A stretch of DNA of 64,000 nucleotides from assembly GCA_900315045.1 (NCBI GenBank), contig OMXR01000004.1, forward strand, positions 26,136 to 90,135, given 5' to 3'. The notes below the pieces were generated by a model, which ran no database searches, was not told where the DNA came from, and was given only the letters and a program-made list of their open reading frames with translations. The translations under genes were made by a program, and so were the position numbers. The DNA comes from an uncultured Sutterella sp. GTDB taxonomy: Bacteria > Pseudomonadota > Gammaproteobacteria > Burkholderiales > Burkholderiaceae_F. This document shows, one piece after another, positions 50,039 through 59,403 of the stretch. The stretch's first letter is position 1, and the number at the start of each line of letters is the position of its first letter.

Positions 50039-51238
50039 ATGCCTTTAACCCACGTTGCGCGTCCCCGTTACCTCGCAAAACTGCGATCCTGCTTGGGGAA
50101 CGGAACAGTCAAAATCCTGACCGGGCCGCGCCGATGCGGCAAGACCACGTTGCTTGCCGAGTTCAAAAATGAGCTTCTGGCAACGGGGCTCACACAAGAC
50201 CAAGTACTGACATTCGACCTGGACAAGCTTGCCCAGGCGGAGTTTCTGGATTCAGAAATTCTTATTCGGCAGATCGAACGGCTGCGGCCGCAAAATAAAC
50301 GCGTCTACGTCTTCATTGAGGAGATTCAGCAAAGCGAAAACCTCGCGCAACTTGTCGAAAGCCTCCTCAAGTTTGCCGACATCGAGGTCTATTCGACGGC
50401 ATCCAACCAGGCGGAGACAAGAAAACTCGCTGCGAGCCAGTGCACCGTCATCCAGATGTTCCCGCTTTCCTTCGAAGAGTTTCGCGGCGCCATGCAGGAC
50501 GGCTTTTCTTCCCGGGAAGACTTCTCCCGCTACGCGAAACTGGGCTCCTTCCCCGCACTTGCCGGGCACATCGATGACGACTCGTTCATCTCGCCCTACT
50601 ACGAGCTTCTGGTTGAATCACTGATGTACCGGGATGTCGGCCTGCGGTTCAGGCTGAAAAATCCCCTGTCGCTGCGCCGCGTCGTCGCCTACCTCGCGGT
50701 CACTGCCGGCACTCCTGTCTCGGCGCGCAGCATTGCCAAGATCCTTGCCGCTGCGAGCGGCCAGACGGACATTTCCGACATCACGGCCGGGCGCTATCTC
50801 CAGGCCCTCGTCGACTGCGGCATGTTTGTCACGGCGGACCGCTATGACATCAAGCAGTCTCGCGTCATGCCTGGGATCTCCAAGTACTACCTGACCGATC
50901 CGGCCATGACTCCGTATATCACGGCGATGATGGAACGCTCTGTCGAGCAGCTTCTGGAAAATATCGTTTTTCTGGAATTAAAGCGCCGCTACGAGCACGT
51001 CTACGCAGGCAAGATCGGCACTTCGGAGATTGACTTCGTCTGCCGGGGAGAGAATTCGGGTTGCTATGTCCAGGTGGCGGCAACGGGGCCGGTCGCGCCC
51101 AGGCTCCGCCCCTTCCGGGCGCTGCGCGACCGCTATCCCTGCCTCGTCATTACGCTCGATCAGAACGAGATGCCGGAGAACACGGGCGGCGTGTCGGTGA
51201 TCCCTGCAGTCGACTGGCTGCTGGGCGAGCGCGGCTGA
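50039..51238 (+). CDS. AAA-family ATPase with a C-terminal DUF4143-type domain (COG1373-like)
   Basis: The Walker A motif GPRRCGKTT lies near the N-terminus, and a Walker B-like VFIEEIQ follows. The ~400-aa length and a C-terminal EIDFV motif are typical of AAA_14/DUF4143 proteins (from memory). Confidence 0.72.
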   Translation: MPLTHVARPRYLAKLRSCLGNGTVKILTGPRRCGKTTLLAEFKNELLATGLTQDQVLTFDLDKLAQAEFLDSEILIRQIERLRPQNKRVYVFIEEIQQSENLAQLVESLLKFADIEVYSTASNQAETRKLAASQCTVIQMFPLSFEEFRGAMQDGFSSREDFSRYAKLGSFPALAGHIDDDSFISPYYELLVESLMYRDVGLRFRLKNPLSLRRVVAYLAVTAGTPVSARSIAKILAAASGQTDISDITAGRYLQALVDCGMFVTADRYDIKQSRVMPGISKYYLTDPAMTPYITAMMERSVEQLLENIVFLELKRRYEHVYAGKIGTSEIDFVCRGENSGCYVQVAATGPVAPRLRPFRALRDRYPCLVITLDQNEMPENTGGVSVIPAVDWLLGERG

Positions 51239-51292
51239 ATCCGTTTGCGGAGCGCAAGCAAAGCCTCGTTCCACAGACGGATCCTTAAGGGT

Positions 51293-53432
51293 TCATGCCA
51301 CCCCGAGCTCCTTCGCGCGCTTTTCCGTAAGCACGTAGCCGAACGCGCGCTTGCGTCCGTCCCGATCCTGCTCGACGTAAACGCCCTGCAGTTCGGGCGT
51401 AAAGCCCGGCATCCTGTTGATCCCCTCCTCGAGGGCGAGGAAGTATTCAAGCACCGGTCCGCCCCAGACTTCGCCCGGCACGCAGCAGAACACGCCCGGC
51501 GGATACGGCAGGGCGCCTTCGGCCGCGATCCGTCCGCGCGCCTCGGAAAGCGGCACCAGCTCGACATTGCCGCGGACAAACTCAAAATGCGCAGCCTGCG
51601 GCAGCATGGCCATCTTCGGGAAATGCGCCTTGCGGAACATTTCCTTCTGGAGCTGCTTGACGTTGTGACTCTTGTAGAAGTCGTGCATTTCCTGGCAGAG
51701 CTCCCGGATCGAGTAGCTCCGGTAGCGGTCCTCGTACGCCCTGTAGATGTCGGGGAGCATTTCCGAGAGCGGAACATCGTCATCGAGCATCTGCTCAAAG
51801 CGCTGGAGCTGGTTCACGAGACGCTCCATCTTGGCGATGTTCTCGGCGGGAGTCATCAGAAAGAGGATCGAATTGAGGTCGCACTTTTCGGGCACGATGC
51901 TGTTCTGGCGCAGGAAGTTCGCAAGGATCGTTGCCGGCACGCCGAAGCTCTCGTACTCGCCCGTTTCCGTGCTGATGCCGGGCGTCGTGAGCAGCAGCTT
52001 GCACGGATCGACGAAATACTGGTTTTCTCCATACCCTTCAAAAGCGTGCCACTTCTGCCCGGGCTTGAACTGGAAGAAGCGCAGGTCCGTGGCGATGCGC
52101 TGCGTGTCAACGTCCTCCCAGCGCACGCCGTCCACGACCGGGGGAATAAACGGCCGGATGTAGCGGCAGTTCCTGAGGATCAGCTTTCGCGCCTCGATCA
52201 CGACCTGAACGCAATCGCGCCAGATTGCCCGCCCGGACTCGCCGTCGTTCATCTTGGCATTGACATCGAGCGCGGCAAAAAGCGGATAGAAGGGACTTGT
52301 GGACGCATGCATCATGAACGCGTTGTTCACGCGCTTGTGCGGCACGAACCGGTCCTGCCCCTCGATGTGGCGGTCCTTCTTGTGAATCTGACTCGCCTGG
52401 GAGAAGCCCGCCTGCTGCTTGTGCACGGACTGCGTGACAAAAATGCCGGGATCTTCGGGGCCAAGGTCAAGCAGCATCGGCGAGCAGTCCTTCATCATCG
52501 GAATGAACTGCTCGTAGCCGACCCAGGCCGAGTCAAAGAGAATGTAGTCGCAAAGGCGTCCGATCCGGTCCACCACCTGCCTTGCGTTGTAGATCGTGCC
52601 GTCGTACGTGCCAAGCTGAATGACGGCAAGGCGGAAGGGGCGCTTTTCAGCGGCCTTCCCGGGCGCGACCTCCCGAACCAGGCTGCGCAGGTACGCTTCG
52701 TCAAAGCAAATGCCGCCAATGAAGCCGTAAGGATTGCGCGCCGTCTCGAGATACACGGGCGTTGCGCCGGCCTGAAGCAGCGCACCGTGGTGAACGGACT
52801 TGTGGTTGTTGCGATCGAACAGCACCAGATCCCCAGGAGTCAGCACCGCATTGAGCACAACCTTGTTCGATGCCGAGGTGCCGCCCAGCACGAAATACGT
52901 CTTGTCCGCGTTGTAGGCCTTGGCCGCCGCTTTCTGAGCCTCGTACGGAGCGCCCTCGTGAATGAGCAGATCCCCCATCGGCACATCGGCATTGCAAAGA
53001 TCGGCACGGAACACGTTCTCGCCAAAGAAGTTGTAGAACTCGCGCCCTGCCGGATGGAAACTGCGTGTAGCCCTGGGCAACGTACTTCACCAGAGTGTCG
53101 AAGAACGGCGGGAGAAGCTTGTCTTCATAGTCCTGGGCGATGGAGTCGACCTGGCGGCCGTACAGAGCGGCGTTCGTCAGATCGTAATTGAAGATGCCGC
53201 GCACCTTGCCCAAAACATTCGCCGTCAGGGGATGGGCCGAGCTGTGCACGACAAACGTCGGGATCGCAAACCCGGTCTCGCGCACCGTCTTGATCCACTC
53301 CGGCGCATCCTTGTCATTGAACACCACCGCGGAGACTTCGGTGAGGTCCGCCTCATCCAGACTGACCGTCTGGCGCTCCGTGAGGATGTAGCGCCTCAGA
53401 TCCTCATTAATCGCAACCTTCATCTTCTTCAT
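51293..53432 (-). pseudogene. speC: Biodegradative/biosynthetic-type ornithine decarboxylase (SpeC/SpeF-like, Orn/Lys/Arg decarboxylase family 1) disrupted by an internal out-of-frame deletion
   Basis: Two overlapping ORFs (53432->~53056 and ~53060->51293) together cover a SpeC-like protein. Start-to-stop is 2140 nt, not a multiple of 3. The frames switch at ...YVAQGYTQF|HPAGREFYNFFGENVF. Confidence 0.8.
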
Positions 53433-53543
53433 AGACAACGACGGCGTCCCCGCGGGCATCTGTCCTGCCAGCAGAAGGCGCCGAGCCTCCTTCAGGTTAA
53501 GTTGTTCTCCGGATCGCTCGCGCACAGCCCGGCTATTTTCCGA

Positions 53544-54809
53544 TCAATCGGCAAAATCCCCCACCCAGAGCCGCTTGAAGGCACTCCAGATCCGGGAGCC
53601 GCCCCGGGAGGAGCGCTTGCTGCGCTCGCCGATCATGCGGCGGCGCCTGACTTCATCGAGCACGCCCATGACGGTGGAGTCGGCAGGCGAAACAAGACTC
53701 ACGCCGCCGCCTCGCCAGGGGTTCGGGTGGCCGATGCGGACCTTGAGCCCAAGCTCATCCTCAATCACCTTGTCAAAGCCGGGCATTTCGGCCATGCCGC
53801 CCGTGATGACGACGCCGGCCGCTGCCTGCTGCGTCCAGTCCTGCTTGTCCAGATAATACGTGCGCAGCACCCCGATCAGTTCCCGCAGTCGCTGCTCAAG
53901 CACGTTCACGATCTCGGCGCTGGTCACTTCCTTGGCCTTGCCCGTGGGCTCGTACGTGTAGTGAATCTTCTCATAGCGGTCCGAGGGCCGCTCGGGGATG
54001 TGTCCGTAAGCGAGCTTGATGCGCTCGGCCTCTTCAATCGTGCACTTGAGGTACGTGGCGATGTCGTTTGTGAAAAGATTTCCGCCAGCCGTCGCGACGG
54101 CCGTGTACTGAACGATGTCGTCCTTGTAGCAGGCAATGTCGATCAGCCCTGCGCCAAAGTCAAGCAGGATGACGCCGAGCTTTTTCTCCGTTTGGGTGAG
54201 GCAGCTTGCAGCGCTTGCCCAGGGCTGCAGCACCAGCCCGTCGACGTCGACTCCTGCCCGCCGTACGCATGTGAGCAGATTCTGAACCATGCTGTCAGGG
54301 CCGATCGCCAGGTGCGCATAGGCGCGCAGCACCTCGCCCTTGTATCCCACCGGCGGTTCATAGATCGGCGTGTCATCCGATCCGATCGTGTACATCTGCA
54401 GGACGTGGGAGACGATCTTGTCGTCAGGCGCGTTGCCGTCCTCCTTGCTGTCGAAGGCGAGTGCAAGCTGCTGGGCCTTTTTCACGTTGGCCTCGGTGAC
54501 CTGGCCATCCTGAATGACCACCCTGCCCTGCTTGTTGATCGAGTGCAACCCCTTGCCGGTGAGCGCCACGTAGACGCTCGGAATCGATTCAATCCGGGAG
54601 ATTTCCTTGGCTTCCTCGAGCGCATTGCGGATGGAGGTCACTGCGAGCTCGATGTTCTGCACGCACCCCTGCCGGATGCCCTTGGAAGGCACCTTGCCGA
54701 AACCGACAAAACGCAGCCGACCGTCTTCGCTCACCGAAGCAACCGCTACGGCAATCTTGCTTGAGCCGATGTCCAACGCCGCAATGTAATGTCCCTGCTC
54801 TTTTTCCAC
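53544..54809 (-). CDS. ftsA: Cell division protein FtsA
   Basis: YIAALDIGSSKIAVAV..., an actin-like ATPase fold and a C-terminal amphipathic tail ...IWSAFKRLWVGDF. Confidence 0.96.
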   Translation of the reverse strand: MEKEQGHYIAALDIGSSKIAVAVASVSEDGRLRFVGFGKVPSKGIRQGCVQNIELAVTSIRNALEEAKEISRIESIPSVYVALTGKGLHSINKQGRVVIQDGQVTEANVKKAQQLALAFDSKEDGNAPDDKIVSHVLQMYTIGSDDTPIYEPPVGYKGEVLRAYAHLAIGPDSMVQNLLTCVRRAGVDVDGLVLQPWASAASCLTQTEKKLGVILLDFGAGLIDIACYKDDIVQYTAVATAGGNLFTNDIATYLKCTIEEAERIKLAYGHIPERPSDRYEKIHYTYEPTGKAKEVTSAEIVNVLEQRLRELIGVLRTYYLDKQDWTQQAAAGVVITGGMAEMPGFDKVIEDELGLKVRIGHPNPWRGGGVSLVSPADSTVMGVLDEVRRRRMIGERSKRSSRGGSRIWSAFKRLWVGDFAD

Positions 54810-54832
54810 TTGCCGACTTTCCTCATCAACGC

Positions 54833-55873
54833 CTACTTTGGATAGATTGTCTCCCGGATTCCCGAAGACGGGCCGGCAGAGCGGCGGACCGTCGGTTTTT
54901 TGGCCGCGGCCGCCCCGCTTGCCGCTGCCGGCCGTTTGGCCGCAGCTGAGGCCGCAGCGGACTTCTTCCGTGCAGCGCCGTCAGCGGGTGTCTTCGCCTT
55001 GCCCGCCTGCCTGCTCTTCACGGGTTCGGCCGCCTGCTCGGCTGCTGCGCCCGGCAGCGCATCCTCATCCTCCTCATCGGCCTCGGGCTTTCTCAGTCCC
55101 TTAGCGATCTCCCATCTCTCATAGCTGTCCTGATCGGGGAGCCTCGCGGCAAACGCGCTGCGATACCGCGCATCCACATAGACCGGGTATCCCTGCATCA
55201 TATCGCTGATTTTATGGAAGTATCCGGCCACGAGGTCAAACCGGTCGACCAGGACCGCACGCACCTTCGAGCGCCCGAGCTCAACCGTGATCTCCGGGGT
55301 CTTTTCCGACTCAAGGGTAATGCGCCAGCTGCCCAGGATCGACACGTTCACCGTCTTCACTTGCAGGCCGACCTCTCTGGCCCTCACCTGGAACTGCCCC
55401 CAGAGCTGGACAATGTCCGTCAATGCGCTCGCGTCGCCAGAAAAAATCGGCAGCGCACTGATGCGCTCAATGCCCACCTCGCTGTTCACAAACAGAACCC
55501 CATCGGTGGAAACGAGTCTGCCGTCCTCCCAGACCGCAACCGGCTCGTGCTTGCGAACGGTCACCCGCATGCCGTCAGGCCAGGCCCGCTCGACGCTGGC
55601 CGACTTCACCCAGGAGACATCCTCGACTGCCGCCTTGACCTCATCAAGGCGCACCAGAAAGAAATTCTTTCCGTCAACCGCAGCCTGCACGCTGCTTTGC
55701 ACTTCCTGAGCGCCGGCGCTGCCTTCAGCCACGCCAATGATCGTGAGCCGATGAAACTGAAGGGCCGGATCAATGTAGTTCCGATAGATCGCCGTGCCGT
55801 AAAAAACGGCAGTGCCGGCCGCTGCCAGTGCCGCCAGCCGTACGAATAAGCGAATCCATCCCCTTGCCGTCAT
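54833..55873 (-). CDS. ftsQ: Cell division protein FtsQ with a long Ala/Lys-rich C-terminal extension
   Basis: A short N-terminus plus TM (IRLFVRLAALAAAGTAVFYG), then a POTRA/FtsQ body. It sits between ddl and ftsA. The last ~89 aa are low-complexity. Confidence 0.85.
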   Translation of the reverse strand: MTARGWIRLFVRLAALAAAGTAVFYGTAIYRNYIDPALQFHRLTIIGVAEGSAGAQEVQSSVQAAVDGKNFFLVRLDEVKAAVEDVSWVKSASVERAWPDGMRVTVRKHEPVAVWEDGRLVSTDGVLFVNSEVGIERISALPIFSGDASALTDIVQLWGQFQVRAREVGLQVKTVNVSILGSWRITLESEKTPEITVELGRSKVRAVLVDRFDLVAGYFHKISDMMQGYPVYVDARYRSAFAARLPDQDSYERWEIAKGLRKPEADEEDEDALPGAAAEQAAEPVKSRQAGKAKTPADGAARKKSAAASAAAKRPAAASGAAAAKKPTVRRSAGPSSGIRETIYPK

Positions 55874-55903
55874 TGCCCGAACCCCTGCCGGATTTGTCCC
55901 CGG

Positions 55904-56854
55904 CTAGTGGTCGAGCCGCGCCGAAAGCGCTACATGCACGCAGAGCTCGGGAAAGCTCATGCCCACGGCGCGGGCGGCCATGGGAACGAGCGAATGCGGC
56001 GTCATGCCGGGCGAGGTGTTGATCTCAAGCAGGATGAAGCTGCCATCCTCGCGCCCCATGACATCGATGCGCGCCCAGCCGCGTGCGCCGACGACCGCAA
56101 ACGCCTTCTCGCAGGCCGCGCGGATCGCGCTGGAAACCTCTTCGGGCAGGTGTGCGGGGCAGTCATACTTGACGGCGTCCCCGGTGTACTTGTTCACGTA
56201 GTCGTAGTCGCCTTCGGGAGCCTTGATTTCGATGATGGGCAGCGCCTTGCCGTCCAGCACAGCAACCGTGAACTCGCGCCCGAAGAAGCGCTCTTCCACA
56301 AGCACGGGACCGTAGGCGAGCGAAGCGGCGATCGCCTCGCGCACCGTCTTCTCATCGGCATCGCGAAGCTTCACGACGCCGATCGAAGAGCCTTCCTGAA
56401 CGGGCTTGACGACAACGCTCCCGCCGAGCGTCTCGAAAACTTTCCCTGCCTCTGCGGCATCCCGCACAAGCATTCCCCTGGCGACCGGCAGGCCATTCGC
56501 GCGCCAGACCGCGCAGGTCACGGACTTGTCGATGCAGATGGCGCTCGACTGAACGCCCGGCCCCGTATACGGGAGCCTCAAGTACTCAAGCGCCCCCTGC
56601 ACCGTGCCGTCCTCGCCGAACTTGCCGTGCAGCGCAATGAATGCACGGTCGAACTTCTGTCCTGCGAGATCGGCGATGGAGCAGGCTGCGGGATCGACCC
56701 CATGCGCATCCACGCCTGCCTCGCGAAGGGCCTTGAGCACCTCCGAGCCGCTTGAGAGCGATACCTCGCGCTCGGAGGAAAATCCCCCCATGAGCACCGC
56801 CACGCGCCCGAGCCTGGTGCGCGTCGCCTCGTCAACCTTGAATCCGTCTTGCAT
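55904..56854 (-). CDS. ddl: D-alanine--D-alanine ligase
   Basis: VAVLMGGFSSEREVSLSSG...ALHGKFGEDGTVQG.LE...PYTG...EINTSPGMT. I place the start at Met 56854. Confidence 0.95.
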   Translation of the reverse strand: MQDGFKVDEATRTRLGRVAVLMGGFSSEREVSLSSGSEVLKALREAGVDAHGVDPAACSIADLAGQKFDRAFIALHGKFGEDGTVQGALEYLRLPYTGPGVQSSAICIDKSVTCAVWRANGLPVARGMLVRDAAEAGKVFETLGGSVVVKPVQEGSSIGVVKLRDADEKTVREAIAASLAYGPVLVEERFFGREFTVAVLDGKALPIIEIKAPEGDYDYVNKYTGDAVKYDCPAHLPEEVSSAIRAACEKAFAVVGARGWARIDVMGREDGSFILLEINTSPGMTPHSLVPMAARAVGMSFPELCVHVALSARLDH

Positions 56855-56881
56855 AAGCCTTCGCCCATCCCTCAAAAAAAA

Positions 56882-58273
56882 CTAGCCTTCTCCGGCAAGC
56901 CGCAGCGCAACCTTTCCGATGCTGCCCGCCCCCATGGTGAGCACCACGTCGCCGTCCTTCACCACGGATTCGACCGCGCCCTGGACCTCTTCAATCCTGT
57001 CGCAGAAGACGATGTCGCCCTTGCTCACCATGCGCAGCGCCCGCACGAGCGCCCTTCCGTCGGCGCCCGGAATCGGCGCTTCGCCGGCCGGGTACACATC
57101 GGCAAGCACCAGCACATCCACGCCCGAGAGCACTTTGACGAAATCCTCGAAGCAGTCACGGGTGCGCGTGTAGCGGTGGGGCTGGAAGGCCACAACCAGG
57201 CGCTTTTCGGGCCAGGCGCCGCGCGCCGCGGCAATCGTTGCCGCCATTTCATGCGGGTGGTGGCCGTAGTCGTCAACAAGCTTGAACGTCTCCCCAGGCC
57301 GATCCTTGATGGGGATGTCGCCGTACTGTGCAAAGCGCCGTCCGACGCCCGTGAATCCCGCCAGTCCCTTGACGATCGCCGCATCGTCCACGCCGACCAG
57401 CGTCGCCACGGCAATGGCGGCAAGCGAGTCGAGCACGTTGTGGATGCCGGGCAGATTGAGCAGCACGGGAAGCGGCTCGTGATTCTTGCGCAGCACCGTA
57501 AAGCGCATCTGGGTGCCGCAGCTCCTGACGTCGACCGCCCGGACCTCGGCCTCCGGATCAAAGCCGTAGGTCACGATGCGCCGGTGAATCTGCGGCATGA
57601 TCGAGCGCACGTTTTCATCATCCAGACACAGCACCGCGACTCCGTAGAAGGGAAGCCGCGCGATGAAGTCCACGAAAGCCTTCTTGAGCCGCTCGAAATC
57701 GTGCCCGTAGGTATCCATGTGATCCTGATCGATGTTGGTGACCACGGAGACCACGGGAGTGAGATTGAGGAAAGAGGCGTCGGACTCGTCAGCCTCGGCA
57801 ACCAGGTATTCGCCGGTTCCGAGCCTTGCATTGACGCCCGAGCTGTTGAGCCGTCCGCCGATCACGTAGGTGGGGTCGAGCCCCCCTGCGGCAAGCAGCG
57901 TTGCCGTGAGCGACGTGGTCGTCGTCTTGCCATGGGCGCCCGCCACGGCAATGCCGCGCCGCAGCCGCATCAGCTCGGCGAGCATCACGGCCCGGGGCAC
58001 GACGGGAATGTGCGCAGCGCGCGCTGCCGCCACTTCGGGATTGTCTTCATGAACGGCGCTTGAAATCACAACCGCGTCGGCGCCTTCGATATTGCCGGCA
58101 GCGTGTCCGCAGTAGACCGTTGCGCCCTGCGCCGCAAGGCGCTTGGTGGCGGCATTCACCGCAAGGTCCGAGCCGCTCACCGTATAGCCCAGATTCAGAA
58201 GCACCTCGGCAATGCCGCACATGCCCGTGCCGCCGATGCCGACGAAATGCAGATGTTTGACAACGAATTTCAT
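56882..58273 (-). CDS. murC: UDP-N-acetylmuramate--L-alanine ligase
   Basis: [25 protein letters not shown]...[11 protein letters not shown] place the start at Met 58273; the upstream in-frame extension overlaps murG. Confidence 0.95.
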   Translation of the reverse strand: MKFVVKHLHFVGIGGTGMCGIAEVLLNLGYTVSGSDLAVNAATKRLAAQGATVYCGHAAGNIEGADAVVISSAVHEDNPEVAAARAAHIPVVPRAVMLAELMRLRRGIAVAGAHGKTTTTSLTATLLAAGGLDPTYVIGGRLNSSGVNARLGTGEYLVAEADESDASFLNLTPVVSVVTNIDQDHMDTYGHDFERLKKAFVDFIARLPFYGVAVLCLDDENVRSIMPQIHRRIVTYGFDPEAEVRAVDVRSCGTQMRFTVLRKNHEPLPVLLNLPGIHNVLDSLAAIAVATLVGVDDAAIVKGLAGFTGVGRRFAQYGDIPIKDRPGETFKLVDDYGHHPHEMAATIAAARGAWPEKRLVVAFQPHRYTRTRDCFEDFVKVLSGVDVLVLADVYPAGEAPIPGADGRALVRALRMVSKGDIVFCDRIEEVQGAVESVVKDGDVVLTMGAGSIGKVALRLAGEG

Positions 58274-58287
58274 CCTGGCTCCTTCAA

Positions 58288-59394
58288 TCAGGGCTTTTTC
58301 TTCATGCGGTCGACGGACTCGATCATGTCGCAGACGCTGCCCGTTGCATTCTTGCGGGAGATCTGACGCGCCTTCTTGGACAGATCCAGAATCTTCGAGC
58401 GCTTCATGCTCGAGAGGACGCCGAACAGGTATTCGGGCGTGAGATGCGACTGCTCGATCATCACCGAAGCGCCGTTTCCGGCCATGTACTTGGCGTTGCC
58501 CCTCTGGTGCTGCGTGGTCTTGGCAATGAAGGGCACCAGAACGCTTGCCACGCCGGCCGCGCAAAGCTCGGAAACGCTCGTTGCGCCGGCCCGGCAGACA
58601 ACGAGATCGCACCAGCGGTACGCCGAGGCCATGTCATCGATGAACCCGACCACCTCGGCCTTCACGCCCTGCGCTTCATAAAGCGCCTTGACCTCATCCA
58701 CGGCCTTGGCTCCGCACTGGTGGATCACCTCGGGGCGCTTGTCCTCGTCAAACAGGGCGAGCGCCCTGGGAAGCGTTTCATTGAGAACCTTGGCGCCAAG
58801 GCTTCCGCCGAACACGAGCAGATGCAGACGGCCTTCCCTGCCGGCCAGACGCTCCTCGGGCGGCTCGATCGCCTCGATGTCCGCACGCACCGGATTGCCG
58901 GTGATCTTGGCAATCGTGGGTGCGTAGGAGCGCGCCGAACCGGCAAAGCCGCAGGCAAGCCCCCAGGCCTGCTTCACGATCATGTGCGTGGACATCAGCA
59001 GATCGGCGTCGCAGTTCATGACCACGAGCTTGGAATTGTGCTTTTTCACGCCGGCCGTGACGGGGACGGCAACATACCCGCCGGTCGTGAAGACAACGTC
59101 TGGCTTGAGCTCGCCAATCAGCTTGCGGCAGCGGCGGCTCGCAAGGCGCAGCTTCCAGAGTCCCTCGAGGCTCCCGAGAAGCCCCTTGCCGCGCACGCCC
59201 CGGAAGTCCAGACCAATGAAGTCGATCGAGTCCTTGGCGACCAAGTTCCCTTCCATGCCGGTCTGGGTGCCGATCCAGGTCACCTGCCAGCCCCTGCGCA
59301 TCATTTCCCGCGCCACTGCAAGCCCCGGCATGACATGGCCGCCAGTACCGGCGGCCGTGATCACAAGGTGTTTCTGTTTGCTGTCAGTAGTCAT
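58288..59394 (-). CDS. murG: Undecaprenyldiphospho-muramoylpentapeptide beta-N-acetylglucosaminyltransferase
   Basis: [19 protein letters not shown]...VFTTGGYV...[12 protein letters not shown]. Confidence 0.95.
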   Translation of the reverse strand: MTTDSKQKHLVITAAGTGGHVMPGLAVAREMMRRGWQVTWIGTQTGMEGNLVAKDSIDFIGLDFRGVRGKGLLGSLEGLWKLRLASRRCRKLIGELKPDVVFTTGGYVAVPVTAGVKKHNSKLVVMNCDADLLMSTHMIVKQAWGLACGFAGSARSYAPTIAKITGNPVRADIEAIEPPEERLAGREGRLHLLVFGGSLGAKVLNETLPRALALFDEDKRPEVIHQCGAKAVDEVKALYEAQGVKAEVVGFIDDMASAYRWCDLVVCRAGATSVSELCAAGVASVLVPFIAKTTQHQRGNAKYMAGNGASVMIEQSHLTPEYLFGVLSSMKRSKILDLSKKARQISRKNATGSVCDMIESVDRMKKKP

Positions 59395-59403
59395 TGCTCT
59401 GTC

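Noticed and set aside
49697-50048. ORFs 49752-50048(+) and 49697-49999(-) inside the AT-rich spacer before the AAA ATPase gene.
   Set aside because: They overlap each other on opposite strands, have implausible composition (Cys/Arg/Phe-rich), and cross a composition boundary between AT-rich and GC-rich patches. This is more consistent with non-coding or relic DNA.
53040-53080. Programmed ribosomal frameshift or a simple sequencing slip as the explanation for the two speC frames.
   Set aside because: There is no slippery heptamer or homopolymer at the junction, and about 13 conserved residues appear to be missing. An indel or deletion pseudogene is the better reading, although read-level verification is still needed.
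58274-58612. N-terminal in-frame extensions offered by the ORF track: murC to 58612, secA to 41229, lolD to 10784, ispB to 33572, tal to 32044, greA to 26676, and the HD-GYP gene to 48281.
   Set aside because: The conserved family N-termini begin at internal start codons, several with better RBS spacing. The extensions overlap upstream genes or are low-complexity.
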